From Azolla caroliniana (Eukaryota; Plantae; Polypodiophyta): a DNA stretch of 64,000 bases. The stretch's first letter is position 1. Each line of letters opens with the position of its first letter. The position numbers were made by a program, and so were the translations under genes. Below, piece by piece: positions 10,799-24,334 of this stretch. Under the pieces are notes generated by a model that was given only the letters and a program-made list of their open reading frames with translations, had not been told where the DNA came from and ran no database searches. The stretch covers positions 23,312,001 through 23,376,000 of the forward strand of contig JBHGNT010000005.1 of NCBI GenBank assembly GCA_043228905.1. The letters run 5' to 3'.

Positions 10799-13304
10799 CT
10801 ATCCCCCCTTTAAAACGACGAGTGTCATGAGTCGTTTTGGATTGAGGACCCGGTTTGTCTAGATATTGATGATGGAAGTCTTCAAGAAGAGAATGAGCAT
10901 TGGTCACATTCTCTATTGGTTCGCAAGTATGCTCACTGGGACTATATCCTAGCCAATCGACTAAATAGTAGAGCTTGTTGCGAACAATCTTGGAATCGAG
11001 GATGGTGGCAACCTCGTACTCAAGTCCATCTTTAAGTTCGATCGGGGGTGGAGGTTGTTTAATACGACCCGGGATGGTGCTATCTTGATAGGGTTCGAGG
11101 AGAGAACTATGAAACACCGGATGTATCTGAAGCTGTGGAGGTAGATCGAGACGAAAAGTGACATCATTAATTTTTCCGATAATACAGAAATGACCTAATC
11201 GTCAATAATCCAACTTCTCGCATGGGCGACTAGTCTTGATGTGTCGTCGTAGTAGCCATACCCGATCTCCAAAGTTAAAACTAGATGGAAGCCGATGACG
11301 ATTCACGTAAGCCTTATGTGTTTGTTGAGCTTGCTGTAGATGAGTAGATAAATCCGCTTGTATCTTGCGTAACTGCTCCAAACGATCCTCTGTGCAAGGA
11401 TTTGTGGGTAACTCTTGGGTTTCAAATACACACCACTAGGGGTGACAACCTGTATAAGCATAAAATGGTGTAACCTTTGTCGATGAGTGGACAGAGTTAT
11501 TATATGCAAATTCGGCGAAGTGGAGAATATCCGCCTAGTCATCTTGATGATAGCTTAGAAAGCACCGAAGATACTGCTCCAACGTTTGATTTGTTTGTTC
11601 TGCTTGGCTGTCTGTTTGCGGGTGGTAGCCGGAGGAGAGGTTACAAGTGAACTTGAGCATTTTAAAGAGGTGCTTCCAGAATTTTGAGACGAACTGGGGT
11701 ACACGATCGCTGATGATACTGTCGGGAAGGCCATGATGCCGACATATTTCATGCATGATAGTTTCGGCGGTTTCCTCACTAGAGATTTCCTTAGTACATG
11801 GCAGGAAAGGGGCCATCTTCGTATATCGATCTACTACTATTAAGATCGCATCGAATCCCTTAGAGATCGGAAGATTTGTGATGAAATCTAGAGCAATGGA
11901 TTGCCACGGCTTGCTTGGAATTGGTAATGGTTCTAATAAACCATATGGATGATGCCTTGGCATTTTTGTTCTGCAACATGTATCACAAGTCCGAACAAAA
12001 TCTTCGACAAATTGTCGCATATGGGGCCACCAGAATGATCATTGTACTAAATCTAATGTTTTAGTACTACCAAAATGCCCAACTGTATATGTGTCATGAA
12101 AGTTTTAAACTACTTGAAGGAGACAAGAACCATTAGGAACATACAAGAGTTTCTTAAAGAATAGTAATCCATCATGACATTGGAATTGTCGATAGTCGGT
12201 ACCTGGTTGTTGCGATTGTGAACAGGATGCTCGAGAGGGATCAATTTGTGCTAGAATGGCTTGGGTGAAACCATCTGTCTTCAAGTCCTCACGTATGGTA
12301 TCGATAACGTGGGAATCCAAGGGCATACCGAAGACCTACGTTGCTTGCAGTCGTGCTGGTCCCAAGATTACTTGCTTTTTGTTATCGAAAGTTGGCTCGC
12401 CAGGACGCGGTGGTAGATACGAGCGCCATGATAATACATTTGCCTTCCCTCATTGCTTTCCCGGATGATATGTAATTTTGAAGTCGAAATGAAGGAGGAA
12501 TTGGGCCCACCGAGCTTGACCTTGATCTAACACACGAGCATTCTGAAAGTAGGCAAGGTTTTTGTGATCACTGAATATGGTGACTTGATGAGAAGATCCC
12601 TCTAGAAATTGCCTCCATTGTGTAAAAGATTCCACTATTGCTAATTGCTCCTTATCATGAATTTCATAGTTGATTTCGGTGGCGTCAAACTTGCGTGAGT
12701 GGAAAGCCACAAGATGGAGCTTTTCATCATCACCTTGTTGTGACAGAATGCTACCCAACGCGTTTGCTTCGATGATGAATGGTTTTTCCGGATCAACATG
12801 AGTCAGAACAAGAGCTGATGTAAATGCCTTCTTAAGACTCTCAAAAGCCACGTCTGCTCCTTCAGAACAAATGAACGATTGTCCCTTCTTGGTGACCTGT
12901 GTGAGAGGTAGAACAAGCTTTGAGTAATCCTGTATAAACTTGCGGTAGAAATTTGCAAATCCTAAAAAGCATTGCACATCTCGCAACGAACACAGAGTCT
13001 GCCACTCTACCACCGTTTTGACCTTAGCTAGATCCATGGAGATGCCTTCCGAGGAAATGACATAGCCCAGAAATTCTACTTGGTTGCACTCAAAGCTACA
13101 TTTTTCCAGCTTTGCATAAAGACCATGTTCTCGAAGTCATTTTAGTACTAACAATACATGAGAATCGTGCTCTTCTTGGGTCTTCGAATAAACCAGTAGA
13201 TCGTCCAAATAGATGATCAAACAAACATCCAAGAGATCTTGGAATATATCATTTGCCATGTGTTGGAAGACAGCTGGCGCATTAATGAGGCCAAATGGCA
13301 TGAC
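10791..13304 (-). pseudogene. pol 3' part: RT (YLDD), RNase H, integrase, chromodomain; contains stops and frameshifts
   Basis: VMPFGL..APAVFQ...[10 protein letters not shown]; CFLGFANFYRKFI; PWQSIALDFIT...YHPQTD; chromodomain EYEVATILDSK...YYLVDWLGY. Confidence 0.93.
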
Positions 13305-13309
13305 CGTAT

Positions 13310-13493
13310 TTTCGAATACGAGTGTATAATGGCCGTATTCACACAGTCCTTTTGGACAGCCCAAGTTTGGGTTATTTCTGTAAATAGCATAAAGGGTAGT
13401 TGCCCTAAGATAGTCACTATATAAAGTGACTTTGTAACATTTAGTTAAGGTTTGTGGTTATTTTGTAACTGTTGCTATAACGTTTCTTTTGTG

Positions 13494-13536
<43 letters not shown>

Positions 13537-16500
13537 ATTGCTCATTCGCATACGCAAGTTCTTCACCATCACAAATGTTGTTTGTTCTTCCGCACTGATG
13601 ACCTTGTTCACAACATTTGGTATCAGGGCATTGGAGGTTCTTCAACCCGCTTCCGGCCATCATCGTACACCACAACATTCTGTTTTTGTAACTTCTTGAA
13701 GAACAGAGAAGAGAGAAGACAAACAAGAAGTTTGCATCTCACTGTGTTAAATCAGTAATTGGAATAAGCTAGCCGGCTGTACTCTGTTGCTGTGATTGTA
13801 ACTACTTCAGGCGAGCTCCCTATGCAACACTCGACCCAATCGTGCTTCATTCGGTTAAACGACATCCGAATAGGTCACCAGATGCTATTCACCCGCTTGT
13901 TGTAACCACCCGCTGCAGATTGGTCTCCTGGCAACAACCAAATTCGTGCTTCATTCGGCTGATCGACATTTGGGAGGATCAGTTGGATCCGTCCCTCTCA
14001 TCGCTGCAGTCATCCGATGCCAAATCGGCCCAAACAATTAGTTTCTCGTAATCGGTATTCGGCATACAATCGGAAGCTAACCGGGCTCACTCCGACTCGG
14101 AAACATTCGGGAAGATCAGCCGGTTCTGTCCCTCAAGTTACCGGAGTCACTCCGAGCAAGTTCAACAACAAGTATCCGAAACCAAACCGACTCGAGTTCA
14201 AAATTGACTAGAACGATATTGGGTGAGCCGACCGACTGCATCTCACTAAGGTTCGTAGTCAACTCCGAACCGAGTCTTACCAACCAAAACCGAAGCAGAT
14301 GGCATCAACATCCGGCTCATCGGAGATGAGTCTAAGGAAGTTCGACGGCTCGAACTTCAACTTCTAGAAGGAACAAATGCAGGACTATCTCATAGTCAAA
14401 GGTCCGATAGACCCGATTGAGAATGAAAATCCTCCAGAAGCATACAAGGCAAACGAGTGGCTAAAGCTGGATAGAATCGTCCGCGCCACGATTTGGATGC
14501 ACTTGTCGGAGTCAGTGTACTTCAAAATGCAATCATGCACGACAACTTTTGAACTTTGGAAAACACTATCGGAAACTTATGAAAAGAAGGTCGCCGCAAC
14601 GAAGATGTATTTGATCTGGTGCCTGTACAACTTGTGGGTGAAAGAATCCGATTCGGTTCAGGCACACCTCAACAAGTACGAAAGCATAAGCTCCCAAATC
14701 TCGTCTCAGGGGACGACAATCGAGGATGAACTCAGAGCACTGATACTCATGAGTAGTCTCCCCTCTTCATGGGAAACTTTCGTTACAACCGTGTGCAATG
14801 CTTCAACAACTGTCGTTAAGTACTCCGAAGTCACGAGCGCAATCCTGACTGAAGCAGCTCGGAGAAAGTCTTTCGCCAAAGACTCGGCAGATGAAGCTTA
14901 CGTAGTACAAGGTTCGATTGACCGATCGAACAACTGGGGAAGAAGTTCTTCCCGACTGCCGAACAATCATTGAAGCCGGAGCAAGTCTCGGGACAACTGA
15001 ATCTGCAACTACTGGAAGAAATTGGAACACATCAAAGCCGACTGCCAGGCACTCAAAGCAAAAACCGACAAAGCTCAGAGAGCGGATCAGAAGATTAACC
15101 GGCATGAGGAAGTCAACTACATCGGCTCTTCAGCCGAAATTTGGACGACCGACCCGAACATATTGTCCATAGAGAACCTAGTCGAATTAGAAGTTCTGCT
15201 TACGACTGAGGAATCGAGCACATGGCTCCTAGACTCGGGCCCATCGTATCATGTGACACCTCACCGATCTTAGTTTCGGCAATACTCGGACCGGCACTCC
15301 GACTCAGTTCGAGTCGGAAACTCGCAACACTGTGTTATAATCGGAATCGGCACCGTAGAGCTCAACCTTCCGGGTGGCTCTACACTCGTACTACACAACG
15401 TCCGACACGTTCCTAAGCTCTCAAGACCCTTAATCTCAGTCGGACAACTTGACGAAGCTGGCATTCGTGCTGGATTCTCATCAGGAGGGTGGACACTCCA
15501 CAAAGGGAACCTCCTGCTTGCCCGAGGACCAAAGGTACATTCCTTGTACCCTTTATATGTCACACTCAAAGAGGGTGACTTGTGTTTGGTTGATATCCCT
15601 GTGTCATCATTATGGCACATACGACTTGGCCACCTCAGCAAGGCCGGCATAACGCACCTATCTAGAGCTGATTACATCCCCAAACTCTCCTTCTCGGATC
15701 ACCAATTCTCTGAGCATTGCCAGTACAGAAAACAGGTAGCCACATCACACCTGACATCAGCACCAAGAGAATCGAGTCCCCTCGATTTGGTCCACTCGGA
15801 CGTCTATGGCCCGATGCCACATCAGTCTCTTGGTAGTGCTTCATACTTCGTTAGTTTTATTGACGACTCGACTCGAAAGGTGTGGGCTTACCCCATCAAA
15901 ACCAAAGATGGGGTGTTCTTGATCTTCTCCGAATGGCTTGCAATGGTCGAAAACCAGACCGGTCGGAAACTGAAATGTCTCCGAACCGACACCAGAGGAG
16001 AATTCAAGTTTGAAGAATTCGTCAAACTTTGCCGGGGACGCGACATTCGACGTGAATACACGGCACCTTATAGTCCGGAGCAGAACGCATGAATTGGACG
16101 ATTCAAGAATGCGTAGTCTCCATGCTCCAACACTCTGGACTGTCGGATGGCTTCTGGGCGGAGGCTCTACTTACGGCAGTACACATAATCAATATGTTGC
16201 CAAGTAGACCTCTAGGACTTAAAATACCTCAGGAAATATGGACTGACAGTAAGCCGAGTTATGACAAGCTGAGGATCTTCGGTTGCGAGGCATATGCCCT
16301 CATGCCAAAAGACGACCGCCGCAAACTCGAACCAATATCAAGGAAATGCGTTTTCCTTGGATATGGACCCGATGACGAGATCGGATAACGACTCTGGGAC
16401 CTCGAGCATTGACAAATTGTCTGAAGTTCGGACGTTGTGCTCAACAAGTCGGCTATGCATAAAATGGATGAAAGGCCTATTGAAGTCCGAAGGGTAATAT

Positions 16501-18698
16501 TTTCCGAAGTGCCAACCCTTCATGAAGGCCCAACCCACAACACGAGATCGGTTTCACGGGTAACCGACACCTCCCGCACTGAATCCACCGATTCAGCACA
16601 ACCGAGTGGCTCGGCTTCCGACCATCCGACACCTATACCCGGTGGACCAGTCCAGTCATACCTCGCAGATCCGAGAGACTGTTGCAACCTCCGGAAAGGT
16701 ACTCTCCCGGAATTTTCTTTACCGACGCCGGCGAACCGATGTCTTACGAAGAAGCATCGGCATCTGTTGACTCAGCCACCTGACATTTGGCGATGGAGTC
16801 GGAAATGCACTCCATTCGCACAAACAAAACTTGGGACTTGGTCAAATTACCGACAAATCGACGCGATCTTCCGTGCAAATGGGTCTATCGACTAAACGAG
16901 ACGTCTGACTCGACCAACCCAAAGTACAAGGCCAGATTAGTGGCGAAGGGATTTCGACAAGAATATGGCGTCGACGTCGATGAAATCTTTTCACCAGTGG
17001 TGAAGATGACAACCCTTCGTTTCATGCTCGGCGTTGTGGCTGCCGACAAGTTGGAGTTGATTCAGCTAGATGTAAAAACGACATTCCTCCACGGTGACCT
17101 ATAGGGGGAAATCTATATGGAGCAGCCGAAAGGCTTTGTGGCATCCGGCCAGGAACATCTAGTCTGCCGACTCAGGAAGAGTTTATACGGTTTGAAACAG
17201 GCACTGCGACAGTAGTACAAGAAGTTCGACGACTTCATCTAGTCGGTTGGCTTCTCCAAGAGCGATGAGGACCACTGTCTCTTCACCAAAACAGCTCAAG
17301 ATGGGTCTCCCGTCTTCCTCATCATTTACGTGGACGACATGCTCCTCTCCGATCGACATGCCGAAGAGCTCACTACGCTCGTTCGAAAATTGCGGTTGAA
17401 GTTTGCCATGAAGGACCTCGGTCCGGCAAGACACATACTTGGTATGAAGATTAGTCGGCATCGCGATAAACGACAACTTTTCTTGTCTCAAACCGACTAC
17501 ATCGGATGTGTCTTGGAACGCTTCAACATGCACTCAGCCAAGTTTGCTTTGTCCCCACTCCCCATTAACCTTCGGCTGTCTCAGCGAGACTACTCGACAT
17601 CCGGTCCGGAGGGGGAAGATATGAAGTCGGTACCATATGCACCGGCAGTCGGCTCCCTTATGTATGCGATGGTCGTGACACGACCTGATATTTCTCATGT
17701 CGTAGGAGTCGTCAGAATATTCATGCACAACCCAGGCCAATCGCACTGGAACGCAGTCAAGCATGTGTTCAGATATCTAGCTGGCACAAAAGACTACGAC
17801 ATCCTTTTTGGCCCGAACTCAATCCATGCGTAGTCGATTACACCGGCTCGGACTTTGTCGGCTGCGTGGACAGTCGGAAATCAACAACCGGATATTGCTT
17901 CAAATTCGGCAATGGAGCAATCTCATGGAAGTCAAAACTCCAAGAGTGCACAACCACCTCAACGATCGAAGCAGAATATGTAGCCGCGTCCGACGCGGCA
18001 AAAGAAGCGTTATGGCTCGGTCTGCTGGCGCACACGTTTCAACAAGTCAACTTCGACTCGGCTCCGGTTGTCTACAACGACAGTCAGGGTGTTGTTGCTT
18101 TGTTAAAGAATCCGGTTCACCATAACGCCTCCAAGCATATCGACGTTCGATATCACTTCGTTCGGGACTACATCATTTCAGGGAAAATTGGTCTCGAGAA
18201 GATATCCACAACCGATAATGTCGCAGATGGAATGACCAAGTGTCTTTCGGCGGATCGCTTCCGGTCCCTCTGGCACAAGATGGGCGTAACAAAAAATCGG
18301 TCCGGTTAAAGTCGGACACACAACACAAGATGGTTTCAGACAACAGACATCGGTTCTTTGAGGATCGACTTTAGCTCTTCCGACTCGACTGGTTCGAGCT
18401 TCAGTCTTCGGATCTTGCTGACTCGAACAAAACCGATTTGTCCGACCACCTTGTATATACTTGTAACTTTAGTATACCCCATGTATACGCCCATTACGGG
18501 GGAGTGTCGAATATGAGTTTATAATGGCCGTATTCACACTGTCCTTTTGGACAGCCCAAGTTTGGGCTATTTCTATAAATAACATAAAGGGCAGTTGCCC
18601 TAAGATAGTCACTATATAAAGTGACTTTGTAACCTTTAGTTAAGGTTGGTGGTTATTTTGTAACTGTTGCTATTGAGAAATATAACGTTTCTTTTGTG

Positions 18699-18737
<39 letters not shown>

Positions 18738-18816
18738 ATTGCTCATTCGCATACGCAGGTTCTTCACCATCACAAATGTTGTTTGTTCTTCTGCATTGAC
18801 GACCTTGTTCACAACA
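13310..18816 (+). mobile_element. Full-length but decayed Ty1/copia element (Tnt1/Tork-like)
   Basis: LTRs 13310-13615 and 18505-18816; TSD CGTAT (13305-13309 and 18817-18821); PBS TGGTATCAGGGC 13618-13629; PPT GGGGGAG before 18505. Inserted in the host RT motif GHFEY|TVMPFG. Confidence 0.95.
14299..18309 (+). pseudogene. copia gag-pol with multiple stops and frameshifts
   Basis: Gag (14377-14973), protease WLLDSG, integrase LVHSDVYGP...[18 protein letters not shown]...YVDDML, RNase H ISWKSKLQ...KHIDVRYHF. Confidence 0.93.
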
Positions 18817-18974
18817 CGTATACTCGAAGTGCCCATATCTGGCGCGAAACGCGGTCTTCCATTCATCTCCTGGTCGGATCTGTACGAGGTTATATGCTCC
18901 TCGTAAGTCGATCTTTGTGAAGAACCTTGCACCATTGATCCGTTCTAAAAGACTTGAGATAAGGGGAAGTGCGT
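18817..18974 (-). pseudogene. Host Tcn1-like RT segment lying between two insertions
   Basis: [51 protein letters not shown]. Confidence 0.9.
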
Positions 18975-19437
18975 TGTCGTGAAGATCCGACACTACGCGC
19001 GGATCGTGAGGCGGAACCGCCGGGGTTCTGGACCGAAAGGATTCAAAGTCGGTACAAGCTTTGGCGCAAGCTTTAGCGAGAAAGTACTTAAGATAGATTG
19101 GGAAAGAGAGAAGTTGAGATTAAACGATTGAGAGAGATTGATTGAACTTTTATGTTTGGATTTTAGAAACAAGTTACACGATCAATTTGATAACGAATTT
19201 CTTCTTCTTAATTTCATAACAAAAAAAAAACGCGTTTTTTCTCCTCCCCCTCCCTTCTTTTATAGATGCTCTCATGCATATGATGCATGTGAGGGTAGAA
19301 GACATGCATAAAATGCATGTTTGCCATTTGGCGCTTATGTATTACATGTGGTGCATGATAACCATGTCACTCATTTTAGCTCTCATGTATGAGAATTTAC
19401 ATGTAAAAGTACAATGATAGAAATATAAATTCAATTA

Positions 19438-19508
19438 AATGGCATGGCTTAATGGTAAGCCAATTGACTCCTAACTTGAAGGTGCAAGGTTCGAATCTTT
19501 ACTTGCCC
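19438..19508 (+). promoter_or_regulatory. tRNA-like Pol III module inside the LTR, antisense to the element
   Basis: A box TGGCTTAATGG 19445-19455 with GCTT/AAGC D-stem, loop CTCCTAA, B box GGTTCGAATC 19488-19497. Confidence 0.7.
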
Positions 19509-22500
19509 TTCTTGTATATGTATATATGTATATATATTTATTCGGATGTTGTCGGTTACCGGTGCCTCGCCTGGTGCCGGATCACCGGCTCCATCGCCGG
19601 TCCAGTTTTGGTTGGCCAAAACCCTTTACGAGTAGCTAGCCCACCTCCACTCTTAGTTCAAGTTACCTTGAACTCTCTATGCTCCACACATAGACACAAA
19701 GATAATATCTTTTGCTCTACCTTATATATGATGAGAGCCGTATTTGTCGTGCCTATGTGGAATATCTCACAATTTTCTCTTTCCCTTGCACAAACTTTAT
19801 ACCCTCATATCTTGACATTTAGTTGTCCGTTTCTCGTGTAATAAAGTGCATTCGAAACCTCCATCATTTTGTACTTAGATATTAAATTTATTTAAAATGT
19901 TATCTTCACAATTATTGTATTATGTGATTCATACTCAATTTTGTACGTTTTATGAGATTTTCACACTATTGCCGAAAATCTTTACGACATCCACCCCCAC
20001 CAAACCGCACGTCCTCCGGTACGTGCCAAGAAGAGAGAAAGTGAGATTTCGGCTACGGTGATCAATTAGATTCCTCCATGTCTTTAGTTACATCCGCCCT
20101 ATTATGTTCATCGTCGAGGTAATCAAGGTTAGGATCCTTGTCTTGTCTTTTTTTGAAAATCTTTACTCTTTTTCCCGCAATGGGTACAACCAACCTTGAT
20201 CCGTCTAGTTCCCAAGGTGGTATGTGGCATTATCGTTGGCACTTGTCACCACATATGGCCCGAGCCATCTTCTTGGGAACTTCCTTGTTGTACTGTGTTT
20301 ATTGTCAAGGGTGCTGCCGTAAACCAAAACCCAATCCCCTTCTTCAATCTTCTTGGGACGAAGTCGATGCGTGTTGTCGAACCGAACTTTGTTCTTTACT
20401 CGGGCTGCCTCCATCATCTTTCACGCTTTTTCTAAATCTTCAGGTCTTCTTTCAAGTTGCCTTATCCGCGCCGCTAATAATTCTTCTCGGCTCATCTCGT
20501 TCTCCCACGGTATCGCTACCCATGAGGCGATCGTCGGCATATACATAAGCTCCGTCGGCATATACCCTGTCACCGAGCTATGTGTCGTTCTATCGGCCCA
20601 CAAGGCATAGGGTAATAGTCGTGGCCAATTCCCGACTCGACCGTTGCATGCCCGTACGATGGCTTTAACGATAGGTCCATGCCCTTGCTCGATCTTCCCA
20701 TTCGCTTCTGGATTGTAGGCAGTCGTGAGGGAGAGCTTCACGCCTAGTCTTTCGAAGAGCTCCGTCGCTTCGTGCGCGTCCAACTCCCCTCGGTCGGCCA
20801 CTATCTTCCCTACACATCCATATTGGCAAACAACCTCTTCAAGCAAAAATTTGCAAACGGCTGAAGTCGTCTTATTTGTCAAGGCTCGTCCTTCCACTTG
20901 ATTTGTCAAGTCTTCCCTTGCCAGCGCTAAGTACTTCATTTGTGCCACTCCCATTGGCATTGAGACCAGATCCACCATCCATTTGAAGTGTATGGTGAGT
21001 GGGTATGTCGGCTGTAACTCATCACGATGATGTATATTTGAATATATTTGGCAAGTTTCGCATGTGGACACGAAATGGATTACATCTTTGTACATGCCGT
21101 TCCACCAGTACTTCTCCTTCAACTTTTTGAACGTTGCCCATGTTCCTCTATGACCTGCCCAAGCACTCTCGTGGAATTCGGTCATCAGCGTCTCTTGCTC
21201 TTCTTTCTTTACCACCACTCGACGTGGTATTCCTGTCCTTCTTTTTGGATGTCGCCAAAGGAATCCTCCCTTCAAGAAGTATCGGTAAGCTTTCTTTCGG
21301 ATTCGTAGGGCCTCCTCCTTTGTCAATGAAGCATCTGTCGTCAATGTTCTTAGGAATCTACCGATGAGTAACCACTCTCCTTCGTACTCGTTCTCGTTGA
21401 AGGCGTGGAGGGTTTGCCGACAATCGAGCCATCTTGAAGAAGTCGAGGGCGACATCTTCATCTTCCGAAACCATGTTACTTCCATTTGAAAATCTTGCCC
21501 TCGACAACATGTCAGCCATGGCGTTCTTCTTCCCTGCAATGTGACGGATCTCTGGGTTTAAAGACTTGATGTAGGCGATCCATCTTAGCATAGCAAGATC
21601 TGGGGTTGCACATCCCGAGACCATTCTGAGAATTGGGAGACAATCTGTCTCTATTATCACTTTTGACCCGATCAGGTAATCTTTGTCCGTCTTCACTACC
21701 GACACAATACCCCAAAGTTCCCGCTTGACTTGGGCATATCTTTGTTGCCGTTCGCTGAGAACCTTTGCTCTGAACCGGACGGCATATCGCGCATTATCTT
21801 CACCTTCTTGATTGATGACCCACCCGATTCCGGTTGGGCTCGTATCTACAGTCACGTAAATTGGTTTCCCTTCGGCATAGTCGGCCTTCCTTAGTGCCGG
21901 AGCTTCAAGAAGTAGTTTCTTTAATCTTCGCATCGCATTTGTGTGCTCGTCTCACCATTCGAACTTCATTCTTTTCTTTAGTAGTCCATATAATGGTTCG
22001 GCGACATGAGCGTAGTGAGGAATCTATATATGATAAAACGCGCACGCTCCAAGGAACCTTCGAACCTCCGTTTGGTTTTCGCATTCTTCTTTCATGTCTT
22101 GGATTGCGTTCACTTTGGATGGCGAGGGCTTCCGGTCATATGCTCCACACAAGTGACCTACCACCAAGATCTCCGGTTGCCTGAATGCGGATTTTTCTCC
22201 CGAAAATGTCAAATTCGCATCTTCGAGCCTTTGAAGCACCTTCTCGCAATCTTTCATATGATCCGCAACGAACTTTCTACAACCTTCCTTATCTTTCGAT
22301 TCATCTTTCTCCTCATCCGAACATCCTTTTATTGGAATATCATCCAAGAATGGCATCGTGATGTCCGGGATGCAATCCTTCAAGACTTTATTCATGGCGT
22401 TCACCATATGAGCCACCGAGTTTGTTGCGCCTTGGGGTAAGGTACACATCTGCACAAGCCCGATCAGAGTCCTCATGGTTGTAATGTCCCGACTGTCGAT

Positions 22501-23684
22501 CGCCAATTGGAATTGGTCATATCTGGAGTAGAGATCGCCAATGGAGTAGATGGACCGGCCCGCAAATGCTTCGGCAAATTCGTCCACGCTCGGACCGATT
22601 CCGGCATTTCGAATTGTCACCTTGTTGACGGGTTGAAGATCTTGGATGAATCGCAATGATCCATTCTTCTTCGGCACCGTGAACCACCTATTGGAATAAG
22701 GAGCATTCGACGGTTCTAGAATTCCCATACTCACCTTCTCCTTTAAGAGCTCGATCAGCTTCGGAAGGTGTGCTCTTGGAACCGGTATCAGTTTCAAATT
22801 CCAACGCACATGAGGCACCGTGAAGATCACCATTGGCTCTATAACCTTTGGGTCGGCGCATCCGATTTCTCATGGGAAGAATGCGAAAGCCTTCCCATGT
22901 CTCTCAAGCATATCGCGAAAAATTCGCTCCTCTTCAGGGAGAAGGAAATCCTCCTTTCCAACTCGTAGCTTCCCCTTCGTCTCTTTGGTGAAGACATGAC
23001 CTATCTTCTTCGGATCTCTTAAGCTTGGATCGTTAGCTACTTCCTTCATCTTTTGCCAGCTATCAATTGATGGAAATAATCGACACTTTCCAAACTTCAC
23101 CTCTCGGCCACAACCAAGGAAACACACGAATCGTTGTTGCAGAAAATGGGAAATGCAAAAGTAAGTAAGTGGACACGTGATTTAACGTGGAAAACCCTGT
23201 ACGGGAAAAACCACGGGAGTACAAGACTCCGAACCAAAACTATGCACAGAGAAATATACAATGGCGAGCTGCAAGGCGACGACCTTGAGCTCGCTGTCCT
23301 CGCCACAGGCGGCGGGATTACACAGAGGCGTCGACCTCTTCCTCTCTCACGCTCTATCTCTCTCACGGCTGCTCTCTCTTCACTCCTCTTGAGTGGAAAA
23401 ACAGAAAAATGAGTAGCAACTGAAAACTGTTTGCCCTAAGTCATATTTATACACATATGACTTAGGGCTATTTACAACTATAGCCTCAAGGGCCCTTGGC
23501 AAACATATTCACAGATATGTCCCCGCATCCGGGTCTCTCTCCGGGTACATTCGTCATCTGGCTCCGAAGCCGGGGTCTTCATCATCCGGCTCCGCAGCCG
23601 GGACCGTAACCGTAACCGTAATTGCCGTCATTCATCTCCGGACATCCCATCCGGAGGGACCGAAAATCCCAACAAACTCCCCCT

Positions 23685-24332
23685 TCACTTCGGCATGGGA
23701 TGTCTCTCCAATCCGATCCTCTTCCGGCATGCTTCCAGCTTGTCGGGTGTAAGTACCTTGGTCAGCATATCCGACCCGTTCTCGTCCGTGTGGATCTTCG
23801 TCAGCACGAACTCCTTGTCTTCTATACTTTCCCGGATCCAGTGGTATCTACGCTGGATGTGCTTCGTCCGGGAGTGATAGGCCGCATTCTTCGCAAGGTG
23901 GATGGCACTCTGACTGTCGCAGTAGAGTCGGTACTCCTCCTGCCGGATACCGAGCTCTCTAATGAAGTCCTTCATCCATATTATTTCCTTGCCGGCTTCA
24001 ACGGCTGCCATGTACTCCGCCTCCTTGGTTGACAACGCAACCGTCTTCTGCAGCCTCGACTGCCACGAAACAGCTCCCCCTGCATACGTCATCACATACC
24101 CTGATGTGGACCGGCTGGTATCTGCATCGGCCGACATATCCGAATCGGTAAAGCCGTCGAGTTCGGGCTTACCGGAGCCGAATCGGAGGCATACGTTTGC
24201 CGTGCCCTTCAGGTATCGGAGTATCCACTTGGCCGCGTTCCAGTGCTCTTTGCCGGGATTGCTCATGTACCGGCTCACCACTCCGACTGCATATCCTATG
24301 TCCGGTCTTGTACACACCATTGCGTACATCAA
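23685..24332 (-). pseudogene. copia RT C-terminus/RNase H, out of frame after the deletion
   Basis: MYAMVCTRPDI...FTDSD...VSWQSRLQ...TKHIQRRYHWIRE. Confidence 0.9.
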
Positions 24333-24334
24333 GC

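Noticed and set aside
19438-19508. Functional tRNA gene (apparent CCT anticodon), likewise the modules at 10085 and 10722
   Set aside because: Acceptor and anticodon stems do not pair adequately; kept only as tRNA-derived Pol III box modules.
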